Shown: in pieces, positions 28,101-37,135 of the stretch
How the letters are laid out: each line of letters starts with the position of its first letter
How positions within the stretch are numbered: the stretch's first letter is position 1
Source: a virus
Taxonomy: Duplodnaviria > Caudoviricetes
Virus record (IMG/VR): IMGVR_UViG_3300032047_000012
Coordinates: 1-60,695 of that record
DNA length: 60,695 nucleotides
Strand: one strand, 5' to 3'
The notes under the pieces: model-generated
The model's input: only the letters and a program-made list of their open reading frames with translations
Told to the model about the DNA's origin: nothing
The model's database searches: none
Position numbers and translations under genes: made by a program

Positions 28101-30746
28101 TCCCAAGGTAGTCTCAAAGGTATAGGCGAATTGGTCATCCATAAAAGGCACTACACCAGGAATAGTATTGCCATCTTCGTCCTTGGCACAGAAAATATTC
28201 AGACCCTTATCATTAGCCAAAGAATCTCCGAGCAATTGTTCCGCCGCAGCCCTGTTTCTAGCCCTTTCTCTATCTAACTGGTCTTGTATCTCCTCTGCGG
28301 TCATGCCCTTGCCACGTAACAAGCCCTCTCTTACTGAAGAATCTGGTGGACAAATAAAGTCTTCTGGAAGTGAGTCTATTATGGCACCCAACTCATCACA
28401 AATACTTAAATCCATTGAGCCAGAAACTGCTATAAAAAAGTTTATTATTTCTTCGTCTGTATCAAGACCTAATTCACAATAAGAAGTTGCCAGTAGATTT
28501 TTTACAATATCAAGAGTCTCTTGGTCAGGCTGACCTCTCAATAGATCACACAATTCTTTTAAAGAAAGAAGGTTTGATAAGTCATTCATAAGATCTCTGA
28601 ACATATCGGGATCTACAAAACCAGAATCAAATAAGTCTTGCATCATATCTTGTAGGTCTGAAAGTAAGCCATCCATTGCTGGTGGGTTCGGACCTGCCTG
28701 TGATTTATCTCTCTTACCACAGCTATCAAAGAACGTTCCAAGCAAGTTACCTATAATAGAAGTTATAGCCTGGGTCAAAGTATCTTCTAATACATTTCGC
28801 AAGGTGTCGAAAAAGGCTTCCGATATATCATCGGTTGGAAGGTTATCTGGTTTAAAAAAATCTAATAACTTACCCTCTTCGTTTTCTTTTTTAAGTCGTT
28901 CGAATTCTTTCTCCAAGATCTCGTAATCTCTCTTCATAGATTTAAGAGAGCCAAGTGGTATATCTGGTATCATACATTTTGCTGCGTCAAGAGCCATTTT
29001 TGTGATATCAACTTTGTTAATAAAGTGATCATATAGCTCTTCGGCGTCTTTACTTACGATATCAGCAGTTCTAGTGGCAAAAGGAACCATAGGCGAAAGG
29101 ATTGGAACACCTGCAAAATCCGATTGCTTCGCTCTGCTCTTTGCGATTTCTTCTTTTCTCTCTGCATTTGAATAAAAATTATTCTCTTCACGAAGTTGTT
29201 CTAATGTCTTAACCTTTGGTCCTTCAGCCTCACGCTTTGGACCTGGCTTTTTTGATTCTTGGGTTTTCGGTGTGATGGTTACAGGTTGAAACTTTGCATA
29301 TGTCTTAAGGAAATCTTTCCAAGGTAATTCCATGTCGTTACTGGTAATGGCTTCTAAAAAGTTAATAAATATTCCAGTTCGCCTGGTTGTGACTGCTACA
29401 AATTCATTAAATTTGTTTTTGAAATTATATACTTTGCCACTCTTTTTTGTAAAAGTGCATCGGACAAGATAAGATTCACTATCCCAATATAAAGTCATGA
29501 TACCCTTGTCTTCATAAAAACTCTTACCAGTCTTGGAATATTCCTCATTTTGAGTTGTCAATTTTTCTAAAGCTTTTACAAAGATTTTCACATTGTTAGC
29601 TTCATAGCTCGACCTAAAAGTAGAAACAGAACCACCCTGGCTTTCATGCTTCTTTATATTGCTTTCGAGACTTTTAATCTTTTTTCTCAAGTCGTCAGTT
29701 TGACTCTTGAATTGCTCTATTTTATAATCATTCTTTGTTGACCACTCTGGCTCTTTATCCTCTAGCGGTGGTATGTTTCTGCTCTTTACTTTTACTAATG
29801 CTTTTACTTTTGCGCCGCTTCTAGAATCAAGATGCAGTTCTACCGCTTGAGCAGGGAAATCCCAAAAAGAAGTGTCCTGAAACACACGAGATAAATAAAT
29901 TGAATCATGACGCTTGCCCTTGTCTTTTAGGATTTTAGAAACGCCTTTTTTATAAGCCTTTTCTAATAAGTTTCTCTTCTGCGTTGGACTAGAAATAACT
30001 TCACTATCCAATGCGACCGAGATTCTAATTTCTGAAGTTTGAGGAACTTCTTGTGGTACCATGTCTGGGTAGTTGAGCCAATCTTGAACATTTCCTCCCG
30101 TTGGTTGAGTTGTTTCTTCAAAAGGTCTGGTGCGGAGGTCAGGTAACTTTTCAATTTTATCGTTTTCTATATAAAAAGGTCTAGTATCCTCTGTACCTTC
30201 CGTTATAGCATATGAGAAATTTCCTTCTGAACCAAGATAGGAATCGATGACAATAATTTTATCCGTATTGGGAGATACTGTTCTGAATTCATACTTCTCG
30301 TCTACTATCGGGTCTGTGTATACAGAGGTGGCTACTTTACAATAGTGAGTTTCAATAGTAGGTATTTGTGGATATCTTTCGTGAACTCTATTTTCTATTC
30401 TTGATGTTTTTTCTTCTTGGTCGCTTTCTTCTTCATCTTCTATCATAGAGCCACCTGCATCAAGAATCTCTGCAATTCTCACCCTGTCACTCTTACGAGC
30501 GGCATTTTGGGGATGGGCGGCTACATAAGCATCTATATCTTCCTGTGTATAAGTTACCCCGTTATTGATACCTGCTTTTGGAATAAGTGAAGAAAGCCTC
30601 ATTTCTTCTTCAAAGCTCAAGTGACCCTCTACCAAGGCTTGAATACTTTCTTGCACTTCGTTTGGATATTGGTATCCAGTCTTTTCTGTATATTTTTGCT
30701 TACCCTTATTATCTTGCAAGCGGGTTTGGTCAATTGAGATGCTCAT
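25191..30746 (-). CDS. Very large hypothetical virion protein (baseplate/tail region)
   Basis: 1851-aa ORF between the spike-like gene and gp25. Largely helical with scattered Cys and a C-terminal QEEQAR coiled coil. No recognisable catalytic motif. Confidence 0.6.
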   Translation of the reverse strand: MSISIDQTRLQDNKGKQKYTEKTGYQYPNEVQESIQALVEGHLSFEEEMRLSSLIPKAGINNGVTYTQEDIDAYVAAHPQNAARKSDRVRIAEILDAGGSMIEDEEESDQEEKTSRIENRVHERYPQIPTIETHYCKVATSVYTDPIVDEKYEFRTVSPNTDKIIVIDSYLGSEGNFSYAITEGTEDTRPFYIENDKIEKLPDLRTRPFEETTQPTGGNVQDWLNYPDMVPQEVPQTSEIRISVALDSEVISSPTQKRNLLEKAYKKGVSKILKDKGKRHDSIYLSRVFQDTSFWDFPAQAVELHLDSRSGAKVKALVKVKSRNIPPLEDKEPEWSTKNDYKIEQFKSQTDDLRKKIKSLESNIKKHESQGGSVSTFRSSYEANNVKIFVKALEKLTTQNEEYSKTGKSFYEDKGIMTLYWDSESYLVRCTFTKKSGKVYNFKNKFNEFVAVTTRRTGIFINFLEAITSNDMELPWKDFLKTYAKFQPVTITPKTQESKKPGPKREAEGPKVKTLEQLREENNFYSNAERKEEIAKSRAKQSDFAGVPILSPMVPFATRTADIVSKDAEELYDHFINKVDITKMALDAAKCMIPDIPLGSLKSMKRDYEILEKEFERLKKENEEGKLLDFFKPDNLPTDDISEAFFDTLRNVLEDTLTQAITSIIGNLLGTFFDSCGKRDKSQAGPNPPAMDGLLSDLQDMMQDLFDSGFVDPDMFRDLMNDLSNLLSLKELCDLLRGQPDQETLDIVKNLLATSYCELGLDTDEEIINFFIAVSGSMDLSICDELGAIIDSLPEDFICPPDSSVREGLLRGKGMTAEEIQDQLDRERARNRAAAEQLLGDSLANDKGLNIFCAKDEDGNTIPGVVPFMDDQFAYTFETTLGALFKSTYNSFTEEGMRFAQNLFAEVEEKEKRYYKISFPSFADVTHPENKRPGDALEFDVLVTKRRPVPHLVEFYNNPSFGTSDAKSLEINIPTQLGNSTDRAMEMLQNQQDTNNTAALQELTDILSTIKSSQSNATSKITITELDYCEIQEKTRKPEPILEPEEEKVDVYETDGLQSNDCGDNTKPVVKVEEVSVSNPPQRPTADIAFNIEISGDCESQNIIGSSVKIGDKEYIGQREITSDIVSFMEENIGSESPKNAETCIRAIYNKSFELGDFTAEEKGRRRGLFDNYSQAVSREVREKIYKILMKRLEVSTYVSSPQIIGEGTSTPYERYPLEFINLGPTSTPECDPHLLKLSQLIEEVKDGMQEAMCLDMDSEDDGSKLSPLESAMMKACIKATFRHYIIETLATGILTTTTFVGRSSQISDLKCSYIIAKMRDSLNQYSKSPKAEKCTSPDPFSGNMPTYLEDFLEQMESSYGEENDGNDSLMRKIIKEEYGIISEGLLDALLIEDDNNPSMLFSEGEVPILTHARNARLHPYTLGYVDYKNHQGDFTNPLIYFRKDGKDFLSLVLDKGTISDNLEEAYGIYTMPGGSHKCIIPLAEEFSFDRASVTKAMLMTFFSIEDYTSVLSIHEMETVSRMDSTIASFGETRDNLFSLFYAITPEKDDWKKQNPALSSVGGSSGLTKLFDFNNNVYDTPCTNFSYNFGNNELCWGSPFKGMGGFFALSLRMARDAALLEFKKYVERNDPAVKLASRLSFLSKLACVNIPTSAIAAAINAYNPLLTPLTAMATNYHALGLGVFLPSSTLNSDSDEGFEAREQLRRAGLKLPSYCGESFDEIDEVRQEEQARQEEQAQQQTRLEEQQQEILESLSEEQRQYYNSITGMSKEDLSTQIFRLEDELSSTRASLREFTDNRSNYTVVGKRDFDNGGRSPERLLPTPAVQWSTLKVEEDRIKMNLNISRIRYDEL

Positions 30747-30749
30747 TTA

Positions 30750-31658
30750 TTAATTCACCTTGTTGTAGCGGCTGTTTATATAACCTTTACCGCCTTGGGA
30801 TAAATAGTTTTTTTCAAAGTTTTCCAGATTAGTCCTGTTTGTACGAAGAGAAACTTTAGTCTTAGACATATGTCTTTTTATTGTTATCGGTGCAGTTAAT
30901 TCAAGGATTGGCGAGGTTGATGTCCGCAAACCTGCTGCTGCGGAGATATGCCAGTGGTCTTTTATTTCTTTGTTTAATTTATCTTGCTCTATCAAAAGAC
31001 CTTCAACAATTCCGTTTAATTTTGCTACGTGCTTGGTTAACCTCTTCATTGCTTCAACCATATTATCGCCCTTCACCATTGGCTGCAAGCCCGAGGTGAT
31101 GTTGTTCGCTATAATATCAACTCCGAATTTAGCAGCAGATATGTCAACTCCTTGAGAGTTTTTATCGTCTATACCTGTAACAATTTTAACGCCCTCTCTG
31201 GATACGAATCTCAGAGCGTCTGCCTTAAGTGCAATTGCAGATTTAGTATTCGCATTACCACTGCCCTCGGCGAGACCGAAGTATTCATCGATGTTTGCCT
31301 TTTGACTTATATAAATTCTTGCAGAATCAGTTTCGAAATCAGGGTCTACGAAAACTTGGTCACTTGGAGAAGAAGCCATACGTCCGACTACTATATCAAT
31401 CATAGATGCTTGAGTATCTCCCTTTCCTCCATATCCGCTGTTTCTAGAACCAAACCTGTCTCGACCCATCACAATATAATTATTGTTTTTACCCTTATGT
31501 ACTGTTTCACAATCTGCTTGCACAAATTTAGGAATAGGTTCTACAATTTCAGAGCAAAAAACTCCGTTTCTTATAGTATCGAACTCTAAATTACCAGTAG
31601 AGGTAGAAGAATTCTTTACGTCAGATATATTATTTTTATCTACTGCTTTTTTATTCAT
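30750..31658 (-). CDS. Putative baseplate central spike (gp5 C-terminal-like) protein
   Basis: 302 aa with beta-strand repeats (RIYISQK, IALKADALRFVSREGVKIV) followed by an HxH motif (DHWH), as in metal-tipped spikes. Directly downstream of the hub gene. Confidence 0.55.
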   Translation of the reverse strand: MNKKAVDKNNISDVKNSSTSTGNLEFDTIRNGVFCSEIVEPIPKFVQADCETVHKGKNNNYIVMGRDRFGSRNSGYGGKGDTQASMIDIVVGRMASSPSDQVFVDPDFETDSARIYISQKANIDEYFGLAEGSGNANTKSAIALKADALRFVSREGVKIVTGIDDKNSQGVDISAAKFGVDIIANNITSGLQPMVKGDNMVEAMKRLTKHVAKLNGIVEGLLIEQDKLNKEIKDHWHISAAAGLRTSTSPILELTAPITIKRHMSKTKVSLRTNRTNLENFEKNYLSQGGKGYINSRYNKVN

Positions 31659-31673
31659 AATATATTCCTCTTG

Positions 31674-32942
31674 TTATGGGTAATGTGGAAATTTCTTTCT
31701 TTCTGCATAGGTAAGCGGTAATTGCTTTTTAAGATTCATAGGTAGTGTAGGAGTGGGATCTCCGCCGACCTTGGGTGGTGACATCTTTATCTTTCCAAAT
31801 AAGTGTGGGTTTGCTCTAGCTATTTTTTCTTCTGTTATCTCATAAGCCTCTTCTGGACTATATCCCCGTAGCCTATGAGCCATATAGAAACAAGGATAAG
31901 ATCCGTCTCCGTGGTCACCGTTCGCTGAAACATGACTGACTATTCCTGTAGTCTCGTCTTTATTTACTGCACAACCCATGTGATAAAGGTCGCCCTTTTT
32001 AATCTGCCTGAAAACGAGAGGTATGGAATATGTTGAACAAACATGATGCACAAGTGCATAAAGCGTCTCTACTTGAACCAATGGCGGTGAAGTATATTTA
32101 CCAGAAGGGCATTGCCATCTGGCTTTATAACAGTTTTTGTGATTAACCCCATGGACCATTTCTACTCCGATTCCAATACCATTAAAGAGTCGACAATGGT
32201 TAACACCAACGAGGGGATCTTCCCATTGTATAATTCCCTCATCCTTAGTTGCTCCATAATGAACTCCGCCATTTTTATTCTTCATCACGCTTTCTGCTAT
32301 CTTTCTACCTTCGCCCGCTGTTTCGTGAATTACGAAAACAGTCGGTGGATTTCGGCGGTTCCATGCCCTAAATCCAGTCAAACCGTCTTCATTCATCTTG
32401 TTCGCTCTGCCTGGCTTAAATCTGCTTCTGGCACCTTTGCCGCCTGTACCTTTGCCGCCTTTATGAGCGGATTTTGGACCCTTACCAGAAGGGGATTCTG
32501 GTGTTAAACCTTCTTCTTCTAAAATTTCAATAATAATGCCACTTTGACCATTTGAATCTCGTTCGACGAGAACTTTTGCGCCAGGCTTCGGCATGTCCTT
32601 TACACTTTCATTTTTTGGAAGATAAGTCAAGTGCATATCTATCTTTTTTATTTCATTTGAATCGGTTGGTGCAGGATAATCTTTTGGTTCTGGTATGTGT
32701 GCATCCAATTCTGGAACTCTAACTTTTGCTGTCCATTTTGCAGTAAAAAAGGAATACCAAGGAGTAGTCTGTTCATCAACACGTAACACATAACCAATAT
32801 ATGGACCAGGTTTTATTCTAGATTCCGAATAATTCTTTACTACTACTTTTTTTATAGCTTCAGTAGAAGTGGTGGTCTTGGTGTCAAGAGAATCTTTCTT
32901 CTTTACCGTTATCTCTCCGTTGAAGTCTCCGTAATCAACCAT
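31674..32942 (-). CDS. Baseplate hub-like OB-fold protein fused to an N-acetylmuramoyl-L-alanine amidase (Amidase_2)
   Basis: N-terminal YIGYVLRV...KVRVPEL...P.PG.KVLV (gp5/VgrG OB-like). C-terminal FVIHET...VHY...NHC...N..GIGVEM...GIVSH...HGDG amidase motifs. Gly/Lys linker between them. Confidence 0.75.
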   Translation of the reverse strand: MVDYGDFNGEITVKKKDSLDTKTTTSTEAIKKVVVKNYSESRIKPGPYIGYVLRVDEQTTPWYSFFTAKWTAKVRVPELDAHIPEPKDYPAPTDSNEIKKIDMHLTYLPKNESVKDMPKPGAKVLVERDSNGQSGIIIEILEEEGLTPESPSGKGPKSAHKGGKGTGGKGARSRFKPGRANKMNEDGLTGFRAWNRRNPPTVFVIHETAGEGRKIAESVMKNKNGGVHYGATKDEGIIQWEDPLVGVNHCRLFNGIGIGVEMVHGVNHKNCYKARWQCPSGKYTSPPLVQVETLYALVHHVCSTYSIPLVFRQIKKGDLYHMGCAVNKDETTGIVSHVSANGDHGDGSYPCFYMAHRLRGYSPEEAYEITEEKIARANPHLFGKIKMSPPKVGGDPTPTLPMNLKKQLPLTYAERKKFPHYP

Positions 32943-33255
32943 CGTCGTCCGATGCCTCGGAGTTCAAGAGGTCATAAATTTCATCTTTTTCAGAAGCGGA
33001 TAAGCCTTCCTGTTTTCCTTCCTTTTTTTGAAGAAGTCCAGCAAGTTTGACTATTTGCTCGTTTGACCTTTGGAGTGTTTCTACATATTTAGAAGCAATC
33101 ATTCCGCATTGTTGGATAGTAGAGATAGAGCCTTGTTTATTCATTTCCTGAACTAGCTCTGTTAGTAGGTGGGAAGTTATCGCTCTGTCTGAACGAATGT
33201 TTTCTAATGCCTCTCCGATAAATTCTTCAAGGTTCTGATTCTTCTTTTTCGCCAT
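32935..33255 (-). CDS. Hypothetical helical protein
   Basis: 106-aa ORF with GAGGA RBS, overlapping both neighbours. Confidence 0.7.
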   Translation of the reverse strand: MAKKKNQNLEEFIGEALENIRSDRAITSHLLTELVQEMNKQGSISTIQQCGMIASKYVETLQRSNEQIVKLAGLLQKKEGKQEGLSASEKDEIYDLLNSEASDDDG

Positions 33256-33997
33256 CTTGTCTTTCCTCTATGTGGGTTATTTTACCCTCATTCCAGTCAG
33301 ACTTGAAAGAGCGATACTTTGACCTCAACTTATTTAAGTTGTTAACGACCTGTTTTGTGTTAAGTCCCGTCAACTCTCTCAAGTAAAGGTAAATAGCTTT
33401 CTTATTAAAAATTTCTATGTCGTCAGACTGCTCAAGCAAGATCTTTACAGCCTTATAAACTTTTTCCTCGGTGGGTTTCATAGGCATCTCTCCCCACTTA
33501 TCGATCTCGTTCCAAAGAGCCTGCCAGAATTGTTTTTGCTCCATTGAATCTTCATAAGGATTTGAAGTAGACATATATCTTTCTTCAATAGACCGTGGAA
33601 GAGAGTCAAACTGAATTTCACGCTTCCTCTGAATAGAATGTCTCTTTACCTTATGGATAAACCAGTTTTTAGTAATGACTGAAAAATAAGAAAAAGCTTT
33701 TGAACCCTTTGAAACATCAAACTTTTCAAGGATAGTTGTAAGCCAAATTTTACACTCTTCACGAAGCTCATCAATGTTAGGAAGAGTTGTAAACTTATAA
33801 GTGTAGACAATCTTATCTACCATCTCACCCATCGCAGGTTGGATGAGTTCTCTGTAAAGCCTTTCTCTCTTTGCCCTGTCGTTAGTGGAGCAATATTCGA
33901 TGATTGCTTCTTCGTGAACGTGCGTAAAGTAAAGTCTTTTTGTTCTTTTGCGTCTTTTTCTTTTGATTTGTTTTCTTGGAGTATTTTCTTCAGTCAT
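33227..33997 (-). CDS. Phage RNA polymerase sigma factor, T4 gp55-like (late transcription)
   Basis: KFDVSKGSKAFSYFSVITKNWFI matches the sigma region 2 motif (FDPxK..xxFxYFxxI) of gp55-like factors. C-terminal HTH-like LRELTGLNTKQV. Confidence 0.75.
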   Translation of the reverse strand: MTEENTPRKQIKRKRRKRTKRLYFTHVHEEAIIEYCSTNDRAKRERLYRELIQPAMGEMVDKIVYTYKFTTLPNIDELREECKIWLTTILEKFDVSKGSKAFSYFSVITKNWFIHKVKRHSIQRKREIQFDSLPRSIEERYMSTSNPYEDSMEQKQFWQALWNEIDKWGEMPMKPTEEKVYKAVKILLEQSDDIEIFNKKAIYLYLRELTGLNTKQVVNNLNKLRSKYRSFKSDWNEGKITHIEERQDGEKEESEP

Positions 33998-34274
33998 TAT
34001 TTTCTTTTTCAGTAATTATTCTTCCCTCGAACTCGGATGCCCATTCGTCAAAGTCTTTAATGATAGACAATAATTCTTTCAGACGAGGTTCGCCAAAGAA
34101 CAGATCCATCTTATAAGTCTCATCAAGGAACTCGTGAAAGGTGTTGAACCTTTCTTTTAGTTCGACAGAATTGTCTTCGATAATGTTCAATAATTTTCTA
34201 ATATACCACAATAGGACGGCATTGAAAATTATAGCAAGGGGGAATAATAGGTAAATTATGAGAGTCTCAATCAT
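33990..34274 (-). CDS. Small membrane-anchored hypothetical protein
   Basis: ATG at 34272-34274 overlaps the upstream gene end. One hydrophobic helix LIIYLLFPLAIIFNAVLLWYI. Confidence 0.65.
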   Translation of the reverse strand: MIETLIIYLLFPLAIIFNAVLLWYIRKLLNIIEDNSVELKERFNTFHEFLDETYKMDLFFGEPRLKELLSIIKDFDEWASEFEGRIITEKENND

Positions 34275-34521
34275 GCTCAACTCTTGTGTCGGACTTCTGC
34301 TGTTCAAGAACTTCTTTTGAGTCTTTAATAAACTCTTTTACTCTTGTAGCAGCAGAAGTCTTTGTCGGGGTGGTTTTTTTAACGTTTATTTTATCGTAAA
34401 CTCTTGTGAGTTCACTATCCTTACTTAAACAGAATTTACATTCTTCCTGCTCTTCGTTCATTCCGTGAAATGCTCTAAAAATAACTTCACACTTTGAACA
34501 CTTGTAAGAATAATAAGGCAT
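34267..34521 (-). CDS. FmdB-family zinc-ribbon protein
   Basis: MPYYSYKCSKC...H......CKFC......RVY is the MPxYxYxCxxC...CxxC signature. Confidence 0.85.
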   Translation of the reverse strand: MPYYSYKCSKCEVIFRAFHGMNEEQEECKFCLSKDSELTRVYDKINVKKTTPTKTSAATRVKEFIKDSKEVLEQQKSDTRVEHD

Positions 34522-34727
34522 TAATTGTCTTCACCCTCGTTTTGGTTTAGTTGGAATGTAGGTGGGTTGGTTACAACAAGTTCACCTGCTTTGGTCCCCC
34601 AACGCTTGGTTTCCTCGTCCTTGGTAAAATCCATTGACTTTAAAACAGGAACAATATCGGTCTGCTCCAATAGGCTCTTTTGTAGAGCCATCATAATAGC
34701 TCCTAATGCTTGGTCACTTAACTTCAT
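34521..34727 (-). CDS. Hypothetical protein
   Basis: 68-aa ORF with GGAG RBS, coupled to both neighbours. Confidence 0.7.
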   Translation of the reverse strand: MKLSDQALGAIMMALQKSLLEQTDIVPVLKSMDFTKDEETKRWGTKAGELVVTNPPTFQLNQNEGEDN

Positions 34728-35880
34728 TAGTGTTATCTCCTTCAGTTGTTGTTTCTAGAACACTATCTATAACATTATTATAGCATAAGTTTATCTGTTG
34801 TTCAGTAAAATTATCCTTTATATGATTCTGAAGACTCTTTGCCTGCTTATTGTATTTTGAAAGGTTGTTATAAACCTCTCGCATTTGAGAGCGAACAGAA
34901 CTGGTACTTGGAAATACCCAAGAAGATTCTTTTTCCAACACACCTTCCCAAACTTGATAATCTTCGATATTCTTAAGTTCATATTCCAACTCAACAATCT
35001 TACCTGCTGAAAAGTCTTTAATACCTCCCCAGTTTGTGGTTATAACAGGAACGCCGTGTTGTGCTGCCTCAAATACAGGCAAGCCGTAACCTTCTCCGTG
35101 TGAAGTTGAAACATAGGCAGAAATATTTTTATTTTTATAAAGTGATACCATTTCTTCATCAGATAGAGTTCCGTGAAGCAAGTGTATTTTACATTTACGC
35201 TCTTGTGGAAGAGTTGCTAATAAAGTTTCTAACCTTTCCTTTACATATTCTCGGTCGATGTGGCTACCACTCTTCACGGAGAGCTTTAATACAAGACCTA
35301 CTTCTTCGTTTTGGAACTCCTCAACGAATGCTTGAATAGTTTGCTCAACATTCTTTCTTGGGCTCAATTGAGCAACTGATAAGAAATTAAAATCAGTTGA
35401 AAACTCAAAGTTCGCTTTCTTCTGTCGAAGGTTTCTTGCTGGAAAGTTGATTACCTCTATCTTTTCTAACAAGGTTTCGGCAAACCCGTTTTTAGAATGC
35501 TGCGAAGGGACAATAACCTTATCTACCGATTCGCAAGCTTTGTTAAAATCTTCAGAGGCTTTATCTGTTTCAGTACCAGCAGTAACACCAATGTTCTTTT
35601 CACAAATAGGCTGCCATTCGGTAGGCAACTGAACTTGAATAGAAGTTGCGAATTCACGCTCACCATTCTGAATAGCAGTTGCTGTCTTCATAATAGTTTT
35701 ATCAATCCAGTCACGTTCCTCTGTGTCTTCACATATCCAGCCAGAATGACCCCAGCCTACATTTAAAAGATATACTTCATTTCTATCGTCAGAACGTAGT
35801 GCTCGCAAAACAGATCGACAATGCTCTCCATAACCTGAACGAGATAATGCTGGTCCTCGTACTAAAATCTTTCTACTCAT
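34714..35880 (-). CDS. Glycosyltransferase, GT-B fold (GT4 family)
   Basis: SGYG N-terminal motif, PRKN, and YVSTSHGEGYGLPVFEAAQHGVPVI (EX7E). Confidence 0.92.
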   Translation of the reverse strand: MSRKILVRGPALSRSGYGEHCRSVLRALRSDDRNEVYLLNVGWGHSGWICEDTEERDWIDKTIMKTATAIQNGEREFATSIQVQLPTEWQPICEKNIGVTAGTETDKASEDFNKACESVDKVIVPSQHSKNGFAETLLEKIEVINFPARNLRQKKANFEFSTDFNFLSVAQLSPRKNVEQTIQAFVEEFQNEEVGLVLKLSVKSGSHIDREYVKERLETLLATLPQERKCKIHLLHGTLSDEEMVSLYKNKNISAYVSTSHGEGYGLPVFEAAQHGVPVITTNWGGIKDFSAGKIVELEYELKNIEDYQVWEGVLEKESSWVFPSTSSVRSQMREVYNNLSKYNKQAKSLQNHIKDNFTEQQINLCYNNVIDSVLETTTEGDNTNEVK

Positions 35881-37127
35881 AGTTCAATAATCTCCCAGTT
35901 CTGGTGTTTGCGATTCTTCCAAGAACCTTTTGTTTTATAAATGTTTGTTAGAGCCTTTTCCCAACTATCGGAAAAGTCTTTGCTGTTATAATTTCTTATA
36001 ACGTGGTTGTGACCAAGCTGTCCAAGACGAGTTCTCTCTTCGGGAGACATAATACATAATTTTTTCAAGCCAGAAATGAAATCTTCCTTGCTTACTCTAT
36101 CTTGATAAATATAAGGAACGTTCTGTGAGCCGATAATCGTCCGTGTGGCGGGCTTAATTCCAATTCCGTGTTCGTTGTCGGAATCTCTTATTTGTTCGCT
36201 TAAACCGCCTGTCTCGTTGACGAGAATGGGTGTTCCGCAAGCCATTGATTCAAGTGTCGTAAGTCCGAAGCCCTCTGCGTCTGAAATATTAATAGTGCAG
36301 TCTACCGAATTATACAACATAGCCATTCTATCCGCAGGGTACTTGAGCGGAGATAACATAACCTGCCCGTCATCAAGACCTAATGTTTTAAGGTTAGATT
36401 GTAAGTCGCTTCCTGCTGGATCTTCTGGATCTGTATGCATAAGCAATGCTGCTTTGTCCTCTCCTACTTGTTCTAGGAACTCTTTGAACCACCAAAGGAT
36501 AGTTGTAGCGTTCTTCCTTGGAGAGTTTCGGTTGTTCCAGAAAAATAAAACTTTATCGTTGTCGCCAAAGTGTTCTTTTCTAAACTCCGATACTTCTTCC
36601 TCTGGTAGAATCTTAAAAGTAGAACTATCCACGGTATGAGGAATACGAATGTGCTTTGCTTTCGTTCCAACCTCGTTAACGACACGCTCTGTTAATTTAG
36701 AGATAGAAACAACGAGGTCGTTAGAATCATAAAACTTTTTATTATAATGAGGAGCAGGGTCGTTGTCCCAAACGTGATAATAAACCATAGAGGCTTGGGC
36801 ACGAACTTCGTCTTCTATCTGCCATAACCAAGACCAATACCGAGGGTCGGTCATTAACCAAACGATATCTGGTCTTTCAGTTCGCATAATAGAACGCATA
36901 GTTTCTACGTTTCCGTAACCCTCAACAGGAAAGATTTTCCACTTGTCTCCATACTGCTCGGTTTGAATGGGAGAGGTATCTCTGTGCTTCTGGGCTCCTG
37001 CTAGTGAAACAAACTCAAACTTATCTGTTTGTAACATCGCCTCAATAAACATTTTAGTCTGAATAGCAACACCTGTTGAAAACAACGGATGGTCAGACAA
37101 TGTTAGAACTTTTATTTTTTTAGTCAT
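35877..37127 (-). CDS. Glycosyltransferase, GT-B fold (GT4 family)
   Basis: NRNSPRKN and ISDAEGFGLTTLESMACGTPIL...GGLSE (EX7E). Confidence 0.93.
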   Translation of the reverse strand: MTKKIKVLTLSDHPLFSTGVAIQTKMFIEAMLQTDKFEFVSLAGAQKHRDTSPIQTEQYGDKWKIFPVEGYGNVETMRSIMRTERPDIVWLMTDPRYWSWLWQIEDEVRAQASMVYYHVWDNDPAPHYNKKFYDSNDLVVSISKLTERVVNEVGTKAKHIRIPHTVDSSTFKILPEEEVSEFRKEHFGDNDKVLFFWNNRNSPRKNATTILWWFKEFLEQVGEDKAALLMHTDPEDPAGSDLQSNLKTLGLDDGQVMLSPLKYPADRMAMLYNSVDCTINISDAEGFGLTTLESMACGTPILVNETGGLSEQIRDSDNEHGIGIKPATRTIIGSQNVPYIYQDRVSKEDFISGLKKLCIMSPEERTRLGQLGHNHVIRNYNSKDFSDSWEKALTNIYKTKGSWKNRKHQNWEIIEL

Positions 37128-37135
37128 TTATTCTC

